The notes below the pieces were generated by a model. It had not been told where the DNA came from. It worked only from the letters and a program-made list of their open reading frames with translations, and ran no database searches. Source: Octopus bimaculoides (Eukaryota). Taken from it: a stretch of 38,210 bases of DNA. The stretch spans positions 63,847,090 to 63,885,299 of the forward strand of contig NC_068982.1 of NCBI RefSeq assembly GCF_001194135.2, in the 5' to 3' direction. This document shows positions 9,839 through 21,180 of this stretch, in pieces. The position numbers and the translations under genes were made by a program. Each line of letters opens with the position of its first letter. The first letter of the stretch is position 1.

Positions 9839-11759
9839 AATTGTTAATTTTGTACTATACTTTGTACTATACTCCGAAGCAATTAATTTTATATAAAATA
9901 ATTCAAACTCTCTACTACATCATCGAGAGAGCCTTTCCACGGTTGACTGACTTGATGAAAATAGTAACCAAATCTCCTTCGAACTGTGCCCTATTGTCTT
10001 TAAGCAGACAAGACACATTGGATAATGTAGTACTAGAAACTCCTAAAAAGAACGGAATGACAACGACATGAATCCCTCTGATAACAACTATGTCATCAAG
10101 ATTCACTCGGGGTTAAACACTAACGCTGCGCAACACTACAGAATACTGAATTAGACTTTACTAAACGAGACAATATAGGAGCCTCTACATACTCGCATGA
10201 GCTGCTAGAAATAAGAGAAATATGAGACCGGCTAGAAATAAATGAATAAGAGATGAGTTGGCCACGGCTGGGACACCTTTGATCAGGTTGACCTAGTGCT
10301 AAACAACACTAGCGAACAAAACAAAGACAAAACCGCTTGGTTGTTGCTTGATCTAACAGAAAGAAAAGATGATCACCTCTAGAACGCTTTTTATCATGTG
10401 TCTGCTTGGTCAAGGAGTCAACCCGGTGCCAAGCAATAACAAAACTTCACTCAACTACTGTGTATGATATTACATATAAACTGAAACTGTTGAGCAATTT
10501 GTAGTAGTCTTGTCACTTTATGCTAAGTATTTAAATATTGCTGATGTCACCTTTACCTTTTCCCTTTCAAAGCATTGTAAAATACCTTCATCACTTAGCT
10601 TTAAATATAGGATCCACTCCTAAAACTTTGGATTAGCTGACATTATTGGAGTTATCAACCCAACTTATTGTTTTTAGATCTTAAACATGCTTAGAGGGAT
10701 TATTTTTTTCAACCCATTATATTACTTGTGTAAACCTTTACCGTATGTGTATTTCGCATTCAGAGAATTTAGGTGTGACTCTCCATATCTCTATATTTTC
10801 TAAATGCTGAGAAATGTGGACTTATACGGGCAGGGTGTTTTTAGATTCATAGATAAGCATCTTCCACCCCTACATTAATATAGAAAACTCTTTAACAGAC
10901 CTGCAATGAGGATCCCTTTCAGATGTACACATAATATAAAAGTCTTAGTTAATGGTCCCAAACAGGTAATGACACATGCCCACTTAGCGAACAGTGTTAT
11001 GAGGAAGTTGTGTACGAAGCGGATGTAGTGTCCAAAGACTCCAGTGTCACGATGCAAGGGCAGCGATATGTTGAAGAAAGAGAAGGTCCTCTTTCAAGAT
11101 CCAGAGCAATATACTTGTTGAAGGAAAAAGTTGCATTGTATGAGATAAACTTAAGGATGCTTGAAAATCTCTAGTATTATTTTAAGAGCCGTAGAAGGTG
11201 AAAACTTTGGCAGGAAAGTGGATGATACTGAAGAATTTTATCCACCACGAGATCTTTCTGATCACCAAAAGGGAATTTTTTACGCTCTGACTTCATGAGC
11301 GTAAATGCATCTTCAATGCATTTTAACTGGTCAAATCCCACCAAGCAGAAAAAACTGTGTGTTATCGTCTAATGAATTTTCTTCCCTTATTGCATACGCG
11401 GTTGTCTTTTATAGTTCATTTTTTTCATTTTCTACTCATTTCGTACTCTCTAGTGATCTCCTCCTCACACTCTTTACTTTCTTTCGTTTTCACTCTATCC
11501 TTGTGTCTATATCCAGCTCCTTTAATCTCATATACGTGTGCTTACACCACCACAAGTTACCTTATTTTTTACTTAGCCGTTCTGCTTTTCAATAAAACTG
11601 TTCAAACCAACACAAGGAATAAAATTCCGAAAGCTTATAATTTATCGGGTTTCTCCTTCAAGTTTTGCTGAGACCAAGATATTTGGTTTTATAATCGAAG
11701 TTCCGTTTGGCCGGATGTAAACATTAGTATCTTTGGTGCGAAGGACCCCAGGTTGCGTT

Positions 11760-11760
<1 letters not shown>

Positions 11761-11830
<70 letters not shown>
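11761..11830. repeat. (GT)n microsatellite
   Basis: Read directly from the sequence. Confidence 0.97.
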
Positions 11831-11833
<3 letters not shown>

Positions 11834-12000
11834 GCTGCTGCTAGGGTGTGAAGTAAAAACAAGTATGCCGAGATTAACATTTGTTTGAAGGAGTTAACTC
11901 CTCGATATTCTATAGCTTTATTTTTCCGTGTCCTTAATACTTAGATGCTCTTAAATTGCTGACTCATCTTATCATTTAGATTTTCAGTTATGGAACATTA

Positions 12001-13199
12001 CGAGGGTCGGTTGAGAAAATCATAGGCTAACCAAGATACTCTCATGGAATGTGACCAAATAAGGTTTATTTTTCAACATAGTCACCCTTGCGGTCCACAC
12101 ACTTCTTCCATCGGTGTAGCAGTGCTTGGATCCCATTGGTGAAGAAGCTTTCATCATGTTGGTCAAAAACGCCATCAACAGCAGATATGACGTCATCATG
12201 ATTGCGTTACTGGTTCCCAGTAAAATGATTTTTCATGTTGAGGAATAGATGATAGTTAGTTGGGGCCAAATCGGGAGAATATGGAGGTTGGTCAACCAGT
12301 TCAAAATCACAGTTACGCACAGCAGCCATTGAAATCAAGGACATCTGTACTGGAGTATTGTCCTGGTGAACCAAGACCCCTTTTCGTCAGTTTTCCTGAA
12401 AGCTTGGAAACTTTTCGTAACTGCTTCAGCAAGATGGCATAATACTCTCCATCGATGTTGCGGTCCTTTCGCATCTCATAAAACTGAGGCCATTACCTTC
12501 CCTGCAGATGAAACAACCTTGGCCTTCTTTGGGGCAAGTGAGGAGGGGTGTTTCTACTGTATTTATTGTCTGTTTGTCTCTAGCTCAAAGTGATGAAGCC
12601 AACACTCATCCTGGGTTAGAAAACGTTCAAGGAAACCAGATGGATCTGCCTGAAATAATTTCAGATTTTCCCATGATGTGATCACCCTGGTGTGCTTTTG
12701 ATCAGGTATCAGAAGACGTGGTACCCACTGAGCAGAAAACTTCGTTATGCCAAGTTCATTGTGCATAATGTTTTCAATTCATTCAGGGGATATACTAAAG
12801 GCATTGGCTATTTAATTCACAGTCAATCATGTATCCTCCATCACTATGTGATGAAGACAATCTTTTCCTCTGTAGTGGCAGTTGCAGGACGTTCGGACCT
12901 TGGGTCATCTTCAAGATTCTCTCTTCTGCTCCTAAATTCAGTTACCCACTTTTGCATTGTTGATAAAGATGGAGCGTCATCCCCTAATGTAGCAACCATG
13001 TCAGAATGAATGTCGTTGGGGGCTGAGCCCTTTTTCTGCAAGTACTTGCAGGACGTTCTTTGAACAGTCAGATGTCAATTTACATGGAAAGAAAGAATGC
13101 AGTTATTAATAAGAAGTGTTGAAATTAATGCATGCAAGATTTCACAGCTTTAGTATCATCCCTTCATAATCAGCCTATGAACTTTTCAGCCCACCATCG
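12001..13199 (-). mobile_element. Mariner (irritans-like) transposon with both TIRs, TA TSD and decayed transposase
   Basis: TA|CGAGGGTCGGTTGAGAAAATCATAGGCT at the left and AGCCTATGAACTTTTCAGCCCACCATCG|TA at the right (about 24/30 inverted match including TA). Minus-strand peptides include QKWVTEF..EDDPRSERP, WVPRLL, TQDECW and PPYSPDLAP. Confidence 0.92.
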
Positions 13200-13974
13200 T
13201 ACTTTGACTTCAATCTCTACCAAAGTTCACAGCTTTTCATTCTATTTGGATGGAAGCGTCAGCGGTGTATGAAGGTTCGACTTAAGTGACTAAATTCCTC
13301 CTCTACACATTGGTTTTCTGAATATTATAAAAGATCTTCATTAAATTTGCATAAATGTCAGAAAGCCTATTCTCTGCAATTGGAGTTTGAATCCTGCGAG
13401 AGGTCAATAAAATAAGAACCAGAAAAACACTAGGATCAGTCGCCTAAGCTTATTTCAGTTGATTTTAAATGAATGGCCTTCAGTTAATTTGAGAAATCAT
13501 TGCTAAAATTCGGTTAAAATAGTGTCACAGTCATTTCCATTACACCTGCTGTTACAACAGCTGTTGTTACAACATTGATAGATAGATGAGTCTCTGATAT
13601 CCTTTCACAGCCCACATATATTCATTATAATCGATAGTGTATAGCAATGGTTAGGTTTGCCTTTCTCAGTCAAGATAGTAAGTACAATATACACATACAA
13701 CATGCATCCAAAGGAAGGTCATTCGATCAAAGATTCACACGTCATCACACCACAATTTTTTCTCTCATTTTCTTTTGCATTCAAAACATGTATTTATTCA
13801 TAATATCTCGAGCGAGTCAATACAAGAAGAGCGACTAATGTGTCAGTATTTCAAAAGCCTTAAATTGTCTTCAGTAAATTAGAAGATACATACTATAAGA
13901 AGATAGAGAAAAAGACTTATGTTATGATGTTATTCATAATTATCCTATCTTGGTTATCAAGAGGTAAACTATAT

Positions 13975-14136
13975 AGATGCAGGAGTGACTGTGTGGTAAG
14001 TAGCTTGCTTACCAACGACATGGTTCTGGGTTTAGTCCCACAGCGTGGTACCTTGGGCAAGTGTCTTCTACTATAGCCTCGGGCCGACCAAAGCCTTGTG
14101 AGTAAATTTGGTAGACGGAAACTGAAAGAAGCCCGT

Positions 14137-14216
<80 letters not shown>

Positions 14217-14393
14217 TGTGTCTGTGTTTTACTTCCCCACCATCGCTTGACAACCGATGTTGGTGCGTTTAAGTCCCCGTAACTTAGCGGTTCGACAAAA
14301 AGAGACTAGGCTTCCAAAGAATAAGTCCTGGGGTCGATTTCTTCGACTAAAGGCGGTGCTCTAGCATGGCCGCAGTCAAACGACTGAAACAAA
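13975..14393 (+). mobile_element. SINE family B with internal (TG)n
   Basis: Colinear with 2260-2810, including the microsatellite position. Confidence 0.9.
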
Positions 14394-14410
14394 CTATTTT
14401 GAAGTAATCT

Positions 14411-14622
14411 TCCTTTCTACTATAAGCACAATGCCTGAAAATTTGGGGGAGGAACTGGTTGATTTCATCAACCTCAGTGCTTTATTGGTACTTATTTCAT
14501 TGACCCCGAAAGGATGAAAGATAACGTCGACCTCTGCGGAATTTGAACTCATCACGTAAAAACGAACTAAATACCACTAAGAACTTTGTGTGGCTTGCGA
14601 ACGATTCTGCCAGCTAGCCGCC
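14411..14622 (-). mobile_element. SINE family A, tail type 2
   Basis: Reverse-complement head GGCGGCTAGCTGGCAGAATCGTT and tail ..GTGCTTATAGTAGAAAGG. Confidence 0.85.
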
Positions 14623-15140
14623 TTATTTTGAGGTAATATTAAAAGTAATTGCAACAGGAAAAGCACATAATTCCATTTTACGACACCTTCAGTGAGGGAA
14701 ATTTGATACAGGGAAACTTTCTGTATCTGTGCCAGTTGGTCAAAGTGTGAGCCACGCAGAAATATAACTTCGTTCGGGTAACACATAGGTGGAACTTGTC
14801 TTTCGTTTCCTACACGATCGATAAAATGAATATTATACAAACTAGATATAATCTAAACCAAATAGCTTTTATGAGATGATGGAAACCGATAAAACAAACA
14901 ATAGGCTTGCATAGATACATGTACATAATGAACACTGACATACATGTATGCTTATTTGCATGCGTTTTTGTGTGCGCGTGCGAAGGTGTATGTATATATG
15001 CACATTTATATGTATGTGTGTGTAAAGCATTTACGAGCAAGTCCTCAGAATTAAAAAAGATAATAGACGGCTGTTGCACCACATATACGTCGGATAACTA
15101 CCGAACCGATTAGGCAACAGAGATTGATGTTAAATAAATA

Positions 15141-15883
15141 CGGGGTGGGCCAAAAGTCACACACAAAACATTTGACATTTTATTTATATTACGTTACTTT
15201 CATTATTGAGTGAGAGAGCAGCGCATGCCATCAAAGTGACACAGGGGTACAAATATATGAAGCCTAATATACCCATCATGGCTACCTGTCTGATAAGGGT
15301 ACACCAACTAAATTATGGCTGGGAGATAACAGTTTACTCAAAGTAGCCACTCTCAACTTCCTCCACGGCCTCAAGACGACACCAGAACTTGGTTCATGCG
15401 TTCCTCGCATGCGTTCCACCTTGATCTTGCTCGGCCTTGGTGTTGTGGGTACATAGTAACCTATGGGATTACAATCTGGGGAGTTAGGAGGCCAGAAACT
15501 GGGGCTAGTTAAATCGTAGAAATTCTTTTGACAGCCACTTCTGACTCTTTTTGGAGTTATTGCAAGGAGTCGAATCCTGCTGCCATACATATGGCCCTCC
15601 AGTAGTAACCACTCTAGCCATGGATTGACCACTGTCTCCAGCAGCTTTACATAGTCGTCTGAATTGCGCCTAAGGCCCTGTTCAAAGATGTGGTGTTGAA
15701 CTCCGGCGTGCGGATGCAGTCAGAACGCTGCTGTGTCTCTTTCTGCTGGTCACGTAGTCTCGTAGTTTCCGTTGCAACAGTCCTTGTCACGTCTTAAACC
15801 TTTACAACATTCACATTCAAATGTCGACATTTTGATACCCGGTGCAAACCATAATGGTATAAGTACCTCTTTTCCACTGTTTT
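15141..15883 (-). mobile_element. Internally deleted Tc1/mariner-superfamily element, DD37D (maT)-like
   Basis: TA|CGGGGTGGGCCAAAAGTC terminus. Minus-strand YVWQQDS..WPPNSPDCNPI(G)YYV has 37 residues between the second Asp and the third (mutated) position after one frameshift fix. Stop after GYFE at 15334. N-terminal WKR..RKRHS piece near 15730-15880. Confidence 0.75.
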
Positions 15884-16560
15884 TATTTTCGAAGTTATTT
15901 CGTGTTAAAGTTGTCGTATTTCGGTAATTTCAACCAATCAATGACGTGTATTCAGCTGAATAAAATTACTGCTGTCGTTTGTCAACAACAACTTCCGGGG
16001 GTGTATATTTCGTTGTCACTGTTATTTATGACATATTCCATCTCAGTTACGTTCGTATGAATAAACGAGTGTATCTGAAGCACGTTTACTTCAAGACACC
16101 ACCATAATCGTTCGTGCATTTCTACTGCTTTTAGGGTTTTTTTCCTGTTTTTCAGCTACTATTTTCGGAAAGACTTCCTCCCGTCCCCCACCCCATTTTC
16201 TCGCAAATTATTGTTTTTCTTTATTATTTTTTTGCCAAAAACCCAGCTTTTGGGATACGGAGATTTCGGAAAATTGCCAAAAATCGGAATTTTGAAATTT
16301 TTTGTCCNNNNNNNNNNAAAACCCAAGCCCTAACCCTAAAACCCCAACCCTAACCCTAACCCTAAGTAGAAAATTTTTTTTTAAGCAAAAACCAGTACAA
16401 ACGCACGAACGATGTCATAAATAACAGTGACAAACGAAATATACACCACCGATAGTTGTTGTCAAACAACAGCAGTAATTTTATTCAGCTGAATACACGT
16501 CATTGATTGGTTGAAATTACCGAAATACGACAACTTTAACACGAAATAACTTCGAAAATA
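15884..16560. mobile_element. Foldback / MITE-like element with long inverted arms
   Basis: 15884-15975 is the exact reverse complement of 16469-16560 (92 nt). Imperfect pairing continues to 16132 / 16387, with a 74 nt insertion in the left arm. Confidence 0.75.
16321..16365. repeat. Interstitial telomeric-type repeat (CCCTAA)n
   Basis: CCCTAACCCTAA..CCCTAACCCTAACCCTAA immediately after a 10 N gap. Confidence 0.85.
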
Positions 16561-17179
16561 GAAACTTATCTCAACAACGCTTAGAGTAAAAGATGTTCTA
16601 TATGACACATTCTACCAGTAAACGAAATTTCAAAGTGTTTGGTTAAAGAGAATTAATTAATCGAGTTTCCCATCAAAAGGAAAAGATCCTAAGATATATT
16701 TATATTCACCGTAAACTTGGCCATTTTTTTTTTTTTTTTACTCCAGCAAATGCTTGAAATAAGGTTTAAGTCTATACGTGTCTCATAAGTTGATAACCGA
16801 CTTTATGGACAAAATATAGATTAACAAGAATCCGGAATGTAAATATACTATATGTTGAAATAATAGAGGTCATAAGACTTCATTGGAACACTTGCATCAG
16901 TAGCATTCAATATATCTGCTAAAAATTATCTGCGTAATTTAGTTTTGAGCTCTGATTTCAAACCTCATTGGGAATGACTTCTACTGATAAAATACGTATC
17001 AGCCCACTATCACAGTTGATATTAACAATTATAACCTCCCACTAAAATTTGAAACTGTGTACCTATATTTGAAATCAATACATTTCAGTTTAGTGGCGTT
17101 CCAGTCACTTGTTTATGAAGCATCAGCTGTTATATTAATATCTTATATTTTAAATTATCAATATTACTGTCTATATGTC

Positions 17180-17396
17180 GGCTGCAAGCTGGCAGAATCG
17201 TTACCGCACCAAACAAGCAGCTTGGCGGCATTTTTTCCGTGCTTACCTTCTGAGTTCAAATGTCGCCGATGGTTGATTTTTGCCTCTCATAGCTTCGGGG
17301 TCGATGAAATAAGTACCAGTTGAGCACTAGAGGTCGATGTGATTGATTTACCACTACCCCCGAAATTGCTGGTCTTGTGCAAAAAATTTGGAACCA
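17180..17396 (+). mobile_element. SINE family A, tail type 3
   Basis: GGCTGCAAGCTGGCAGAATCGTT..TCTGAGTTCAAAT..GAAATTGCTGGTCTTGTGCAAAAAATTTGGAACC. Confidence 0.85.
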
Positions 17397-17588
17397 GTAT
17401 TACAGTCTATACGTGAAGGTTGCAGAATAGATAAAATGACTTCACGCTAATGGTCTCGCAACAGATGATTTTGGACTTATTTCTGAATTAATTTTCCATC
17501 TTTGTCTTTCATCACTCTGAAATGAATAAAGTAACTAATTATCCGCTGGGAATTAACTTTACACAATCCCAAATTAAATTTTAAAATA

Positions 17589-17797
17589 TTCCTTTCTACT
17601 CTAGGCACAAGACCCGAAATTTATGGTGGGGGCAGTCGATTAGATCGACCCCAGTACGCAACAGGTACTTAATTTATCGACCCCGGAAGGATGAAAGGCG
17701 AAGTCGACCTCGGCGGAATTTAAACTCAGAACGTAAAGACAGATAAAATATCGCTAAGCATTTCGCTCGGAGTGCTAACGATTCTACCAGCTCTACC
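17589..17797 (-). mobile_element. SINE family A, tail type 2
   Basis: Well-preserved reverse-complement copy (GTCGACCTCGGCGGAATTTAAACTCAGAACG). Confidence 0.88.
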
Positions 17798-18508
17798 ATT
17801 GGAAAGATTAATTATATATTTAATTTCAATATAAAAAATAATTATAATTGTGAGGACTTCACTGAAACATATATTCCTTTACGTTGTATTGTACCATATG
17901 TTTATCATCTTGTTGTATTGATACAGGAGCATTTGGCATGTTGGCTGGTGCCTAGCTTAAAATGTCGACATTTATACTGAAATTTAAGGTAACTGACTTA
18001 GCTTGCTTTTACTATGATATGCTAAGGAAAAGGAAACGAATTAGGGTATAGTATGCCAACTGATAGGAAAATAAAAACAAACCTAACAGGATGTGCTATT
18101 CCTTACTCTATAATTTTCAAGTTAACACATGTTTGCACCAGTTTGCACTGGAACTATACTTTTGACTACCTTCTGCTTGTATTCGAAATGGTAATCGGAT
18201 AATATATTTTAGTTGATTTTTTTTTTCTAATGTATTATTGATTTTAGTTGGGGGTGAACCATTTTGCAAATGTATAGATACGTTAACCACGAGATAAAGT
18301 TAAGTAAAATTCCCCAAATTATTCTATATGATGTGCGTATCATATTACCATAATTCTTAGCATTTATTTGTAATAAACGACTGTTTTATAGTAACTGTTG
18401 TTCTCAAATTCCTAAAATAAAAATGCATAAAAATTATGGCTAGTTAATTCTTTCGTTTCCGATCCGGCGCTAAACGTGAGTTCGTGTAATCTATTTATAT
18501 AAAAGAGA

Positions 18509-18527
18509 GTGTGTGTGTGAGCGTGTG

Positions 18528-18580
<53 letters not shown>
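18509..18580. repeat. (GT)n microsatellite
   Basis: Read directly from the sequence. Confidence 0.95.
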
Positions 18581-18582
<2 letters not shown>

Positions 18583-18914
18583 TCCTTATGCATTCGAAAA
18601 CTGAGTTGCCGATTTTGACGTATGGAGCGTCAAAAGATTCAGTAATCTTTCGGCAATTAAATAAACTTTATTTTCATTTACATATTTTCTACGTTATCTC
18701 AAAAACCAGCTTTAGTTATTTGAAAGACATTGCTCTACAACGACCCGGTTTCATGAGAAAGTGAAAATAGTTTTACGCTTTCAATTTGAACCAAAATTAC
18801 AAAGTGCTGCATTACGAGAGTGACGATGTGTGAATAATGAAAGTAATGCTTCTCCGAATTAGTTACACCTGTACTATAATTAATAAAGAAAGCTGCTTAT
18901 CATCTACCTATATA

Positions 18915-20720
18915 CATTGGGTCATCCCATAAGTAATGCGAGTTTTTCAATTGCATGAACTAAAAGTCGGAGGGGGACGGGATAAACTACCTGCATGAAC
19001 TTGCTATAAAAGCTGGTTGTAATTTTACCTTGTCCTTATTCTTACTGCAAGTCGTATTTTTTTGTTTTTTTAATGTGTATTGAGTTGTATTGAAGTGTTG
19101 ATTTTTGTGCTGCTTTGCAGTGGTTTACCGGTTGTGCTTTCTCTCTGTTTCAAGAGAAAGCGACGGTTAATGAAAAAATGTTCTATTCGGACCTTAGCGG
19201 GTCGGAATTGTGCACTTCAGAGGAGGAATTAGTAAAGGCTGTAAACAGAATAGACATGTGTCTTGGGAAAAAAAGAGCTTAGCTGAGGTAACGGAGTTAA
19301 AAAGGAATGAAATGGACTTGTCTAAAATGGAAGAGCATCAAAAAATGGCACATAAAGTAGGTGGTGACGTGAAGTTGCCGCCTTCACTGAAAGTTATGGA
19401 GGACATGATGAAGAGAACCATTGTGTATAAAGTTTATTCAATGGAACAGAAAAAGGTAGACCAAATAGAAGCCGAAACAATTGAGAAGGCGTTGTGCATG
19501 GTATCTAAGGGTATGGTGTTTTTGGCAAGAGGAAGCAAATATGGGACGGTGGTGGTCCAGTGAATAAAGTAGTCCTTCTACCCATATGTCTTGGAAGGAG
19601 GACATCCAAGATCAGGGTAGAGGGAATCTTGCCAGACATAGATGTGGCTTGGGTTGTCCTCCTTGGAAGTGAGGATGAAGTGGCCGTCCTCCAGGCCGCA
19701 GAAACGGAGGAAGTGATGTGGAAAGGAAAAACATTAGAACTTATTGTTCAGGCTGAAGTAGAATCCCTGGAAGATTTGACGGAGACGGTGACCGTAGGAG
19801 ACATAATCTTGAAATTGTGGGTGGAGGGCAGACTCTCTCGCTGTTTTAAATGTGGCCAAAAGGGCCACATTAAAGGACACTCCCCTCTTCAGAAGCATAG
19901 TCTGGGAAAAGTGGATAAAGAGTCGAAGAAGCAAGAGGAGGTACAAATGGAAGAATGGAAAAAGGAAGAATTATGGTCAGTGGCAGAGGGAAGAACGAAA
20001 AAGAGAAAGAAAGGACAGTGTGATGTGGAGCCCCAAGCCATCCCTACCCCACCCATAACCTCTCAGACCTACCCTCTCTCCACAGACACCAAACCCATTC
20101 ATTCCCTTCACGATGTAAAAAAAAAAGAGAAAAACAGACATCACAAGATACACAAAATTCCACACCCCGTGAAAATAGCTACACGTGTGTGTTAACAGAG
20201 GATGTAGTCGAGGAACTAATAAATAAGGTAACAAGGTGGAAGACAGCAAACTTTGTGGATGTGGAGGGATATATTGATGTTGTAGGTTGGCACATGTGAG
20301 TGCTGGCGTCTCAGAGTCTGAAGGAAGTGATTGCAAAATATAAAAAAGGTTATAAGTATTGGAAGACTTATGTGAACCTGAACGGTAAAAGTAGGATATG
20401 AATGGAACTGAGAGAAAAATTCGGATTGGACGTTTTGAAGGACTCGGGATTCAGAAGGAAGTAAGCGTTGCTGCTTGAGGTGGGGCAAGCAGCTCATTTT
20501 CATGTTTCCTTTTCATGTATCATTCATGTTACCATATTTTTAATTTAATTTTTTTTTTCATGTTATGTGTCCCTACATGTTTTTGTGTTGTCCCCTCTAT
20601 GTTGGCCCCTTGTGGGTGATTAAAAATTCCTTATTCTTAGTGCAAGTTTTGAAGAGTACAGTTCGATCTTTTCAAATGGAAAATTCAACCCACCTGCAAC
20701 ATTTTTGAATTTTAATTAAA
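18915..20720 (+). mobile_element. Mariner 5' fragment (18915-19052 and 20648-about 20720) split by a retroelement insertion
   Basis: TA|CATTGGGTCATCCCATAAGTAATGCGAGTTTTT resembles mariner TIRs (compare TTAGGTCGGGGCATAAATAATTGCAGTTTTT at 32296 and the Hsmar1 TIR). After the insertion comes ATG GAA AAT..CAT TTT, a weak match to a transposase start. No partner TIR seen. Confidence 0.5.
19053..20627 (+). mobile_element. ORF1-only non-LTR retroelement (gag-like ORF1 pseudogene with CCHC knuckle, no EN/RT)
   Basis: Flanked by 20 bp direct repeats TCCTTATTCTTA(C/G)TGCAAGT at 19033-19052 and 20628-20647. Frameshifted ORF from about 19178 to 20463 contains CFKCGQKGHIKGHS (Cx2Cx4Hx4C with the last Cys TGC changed to TCC, 19842-19883). 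The 3' tail matches the SINE at 261-290. Confidence 0.8.
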
Positions 20721-21180
20721 AAATCTTTGATTCCTAACGAAACATTCGGAGTGTCAACGCAATAGGCTCGCTTCAAACGGTACTACCTACAATTGAAACA
20801 TGATTTCAAACAGAGATGGTGCATACACCCGAAGTGTTCAATTTACTGCGTGTCACCTTCTGCCAAGTAAAAAATTACCTGTCGCATATCGACCAGTGTC
20901 CTTTAACATGATGCAGATCCTGAAACTGTTTATCTAATGTGCATTTAAAGAATTCTACTGGACCTGTATAAGCATAATGATTTCTTAAATATTTATATAG
21001 AACATATCATTTTTCTCAGTACTGTGACATACTACATTTCAATTTGTCATTGTTTTAGATTTTACGAGAAAATAAGGTAGAGCTACTGCTTTTGAAATAG
21101 CAGTGGTTTTACTTTGAGAGAAAATTATAATGAACATTGTGGCATTGTTATACACAAATGTGATCCAGGTTTGCAGTGAA

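Noticed and set aside
16321-16365. A true chromosome end
   Set aside because: Only a few units, embedded in an intron with unique sequence on both sides.
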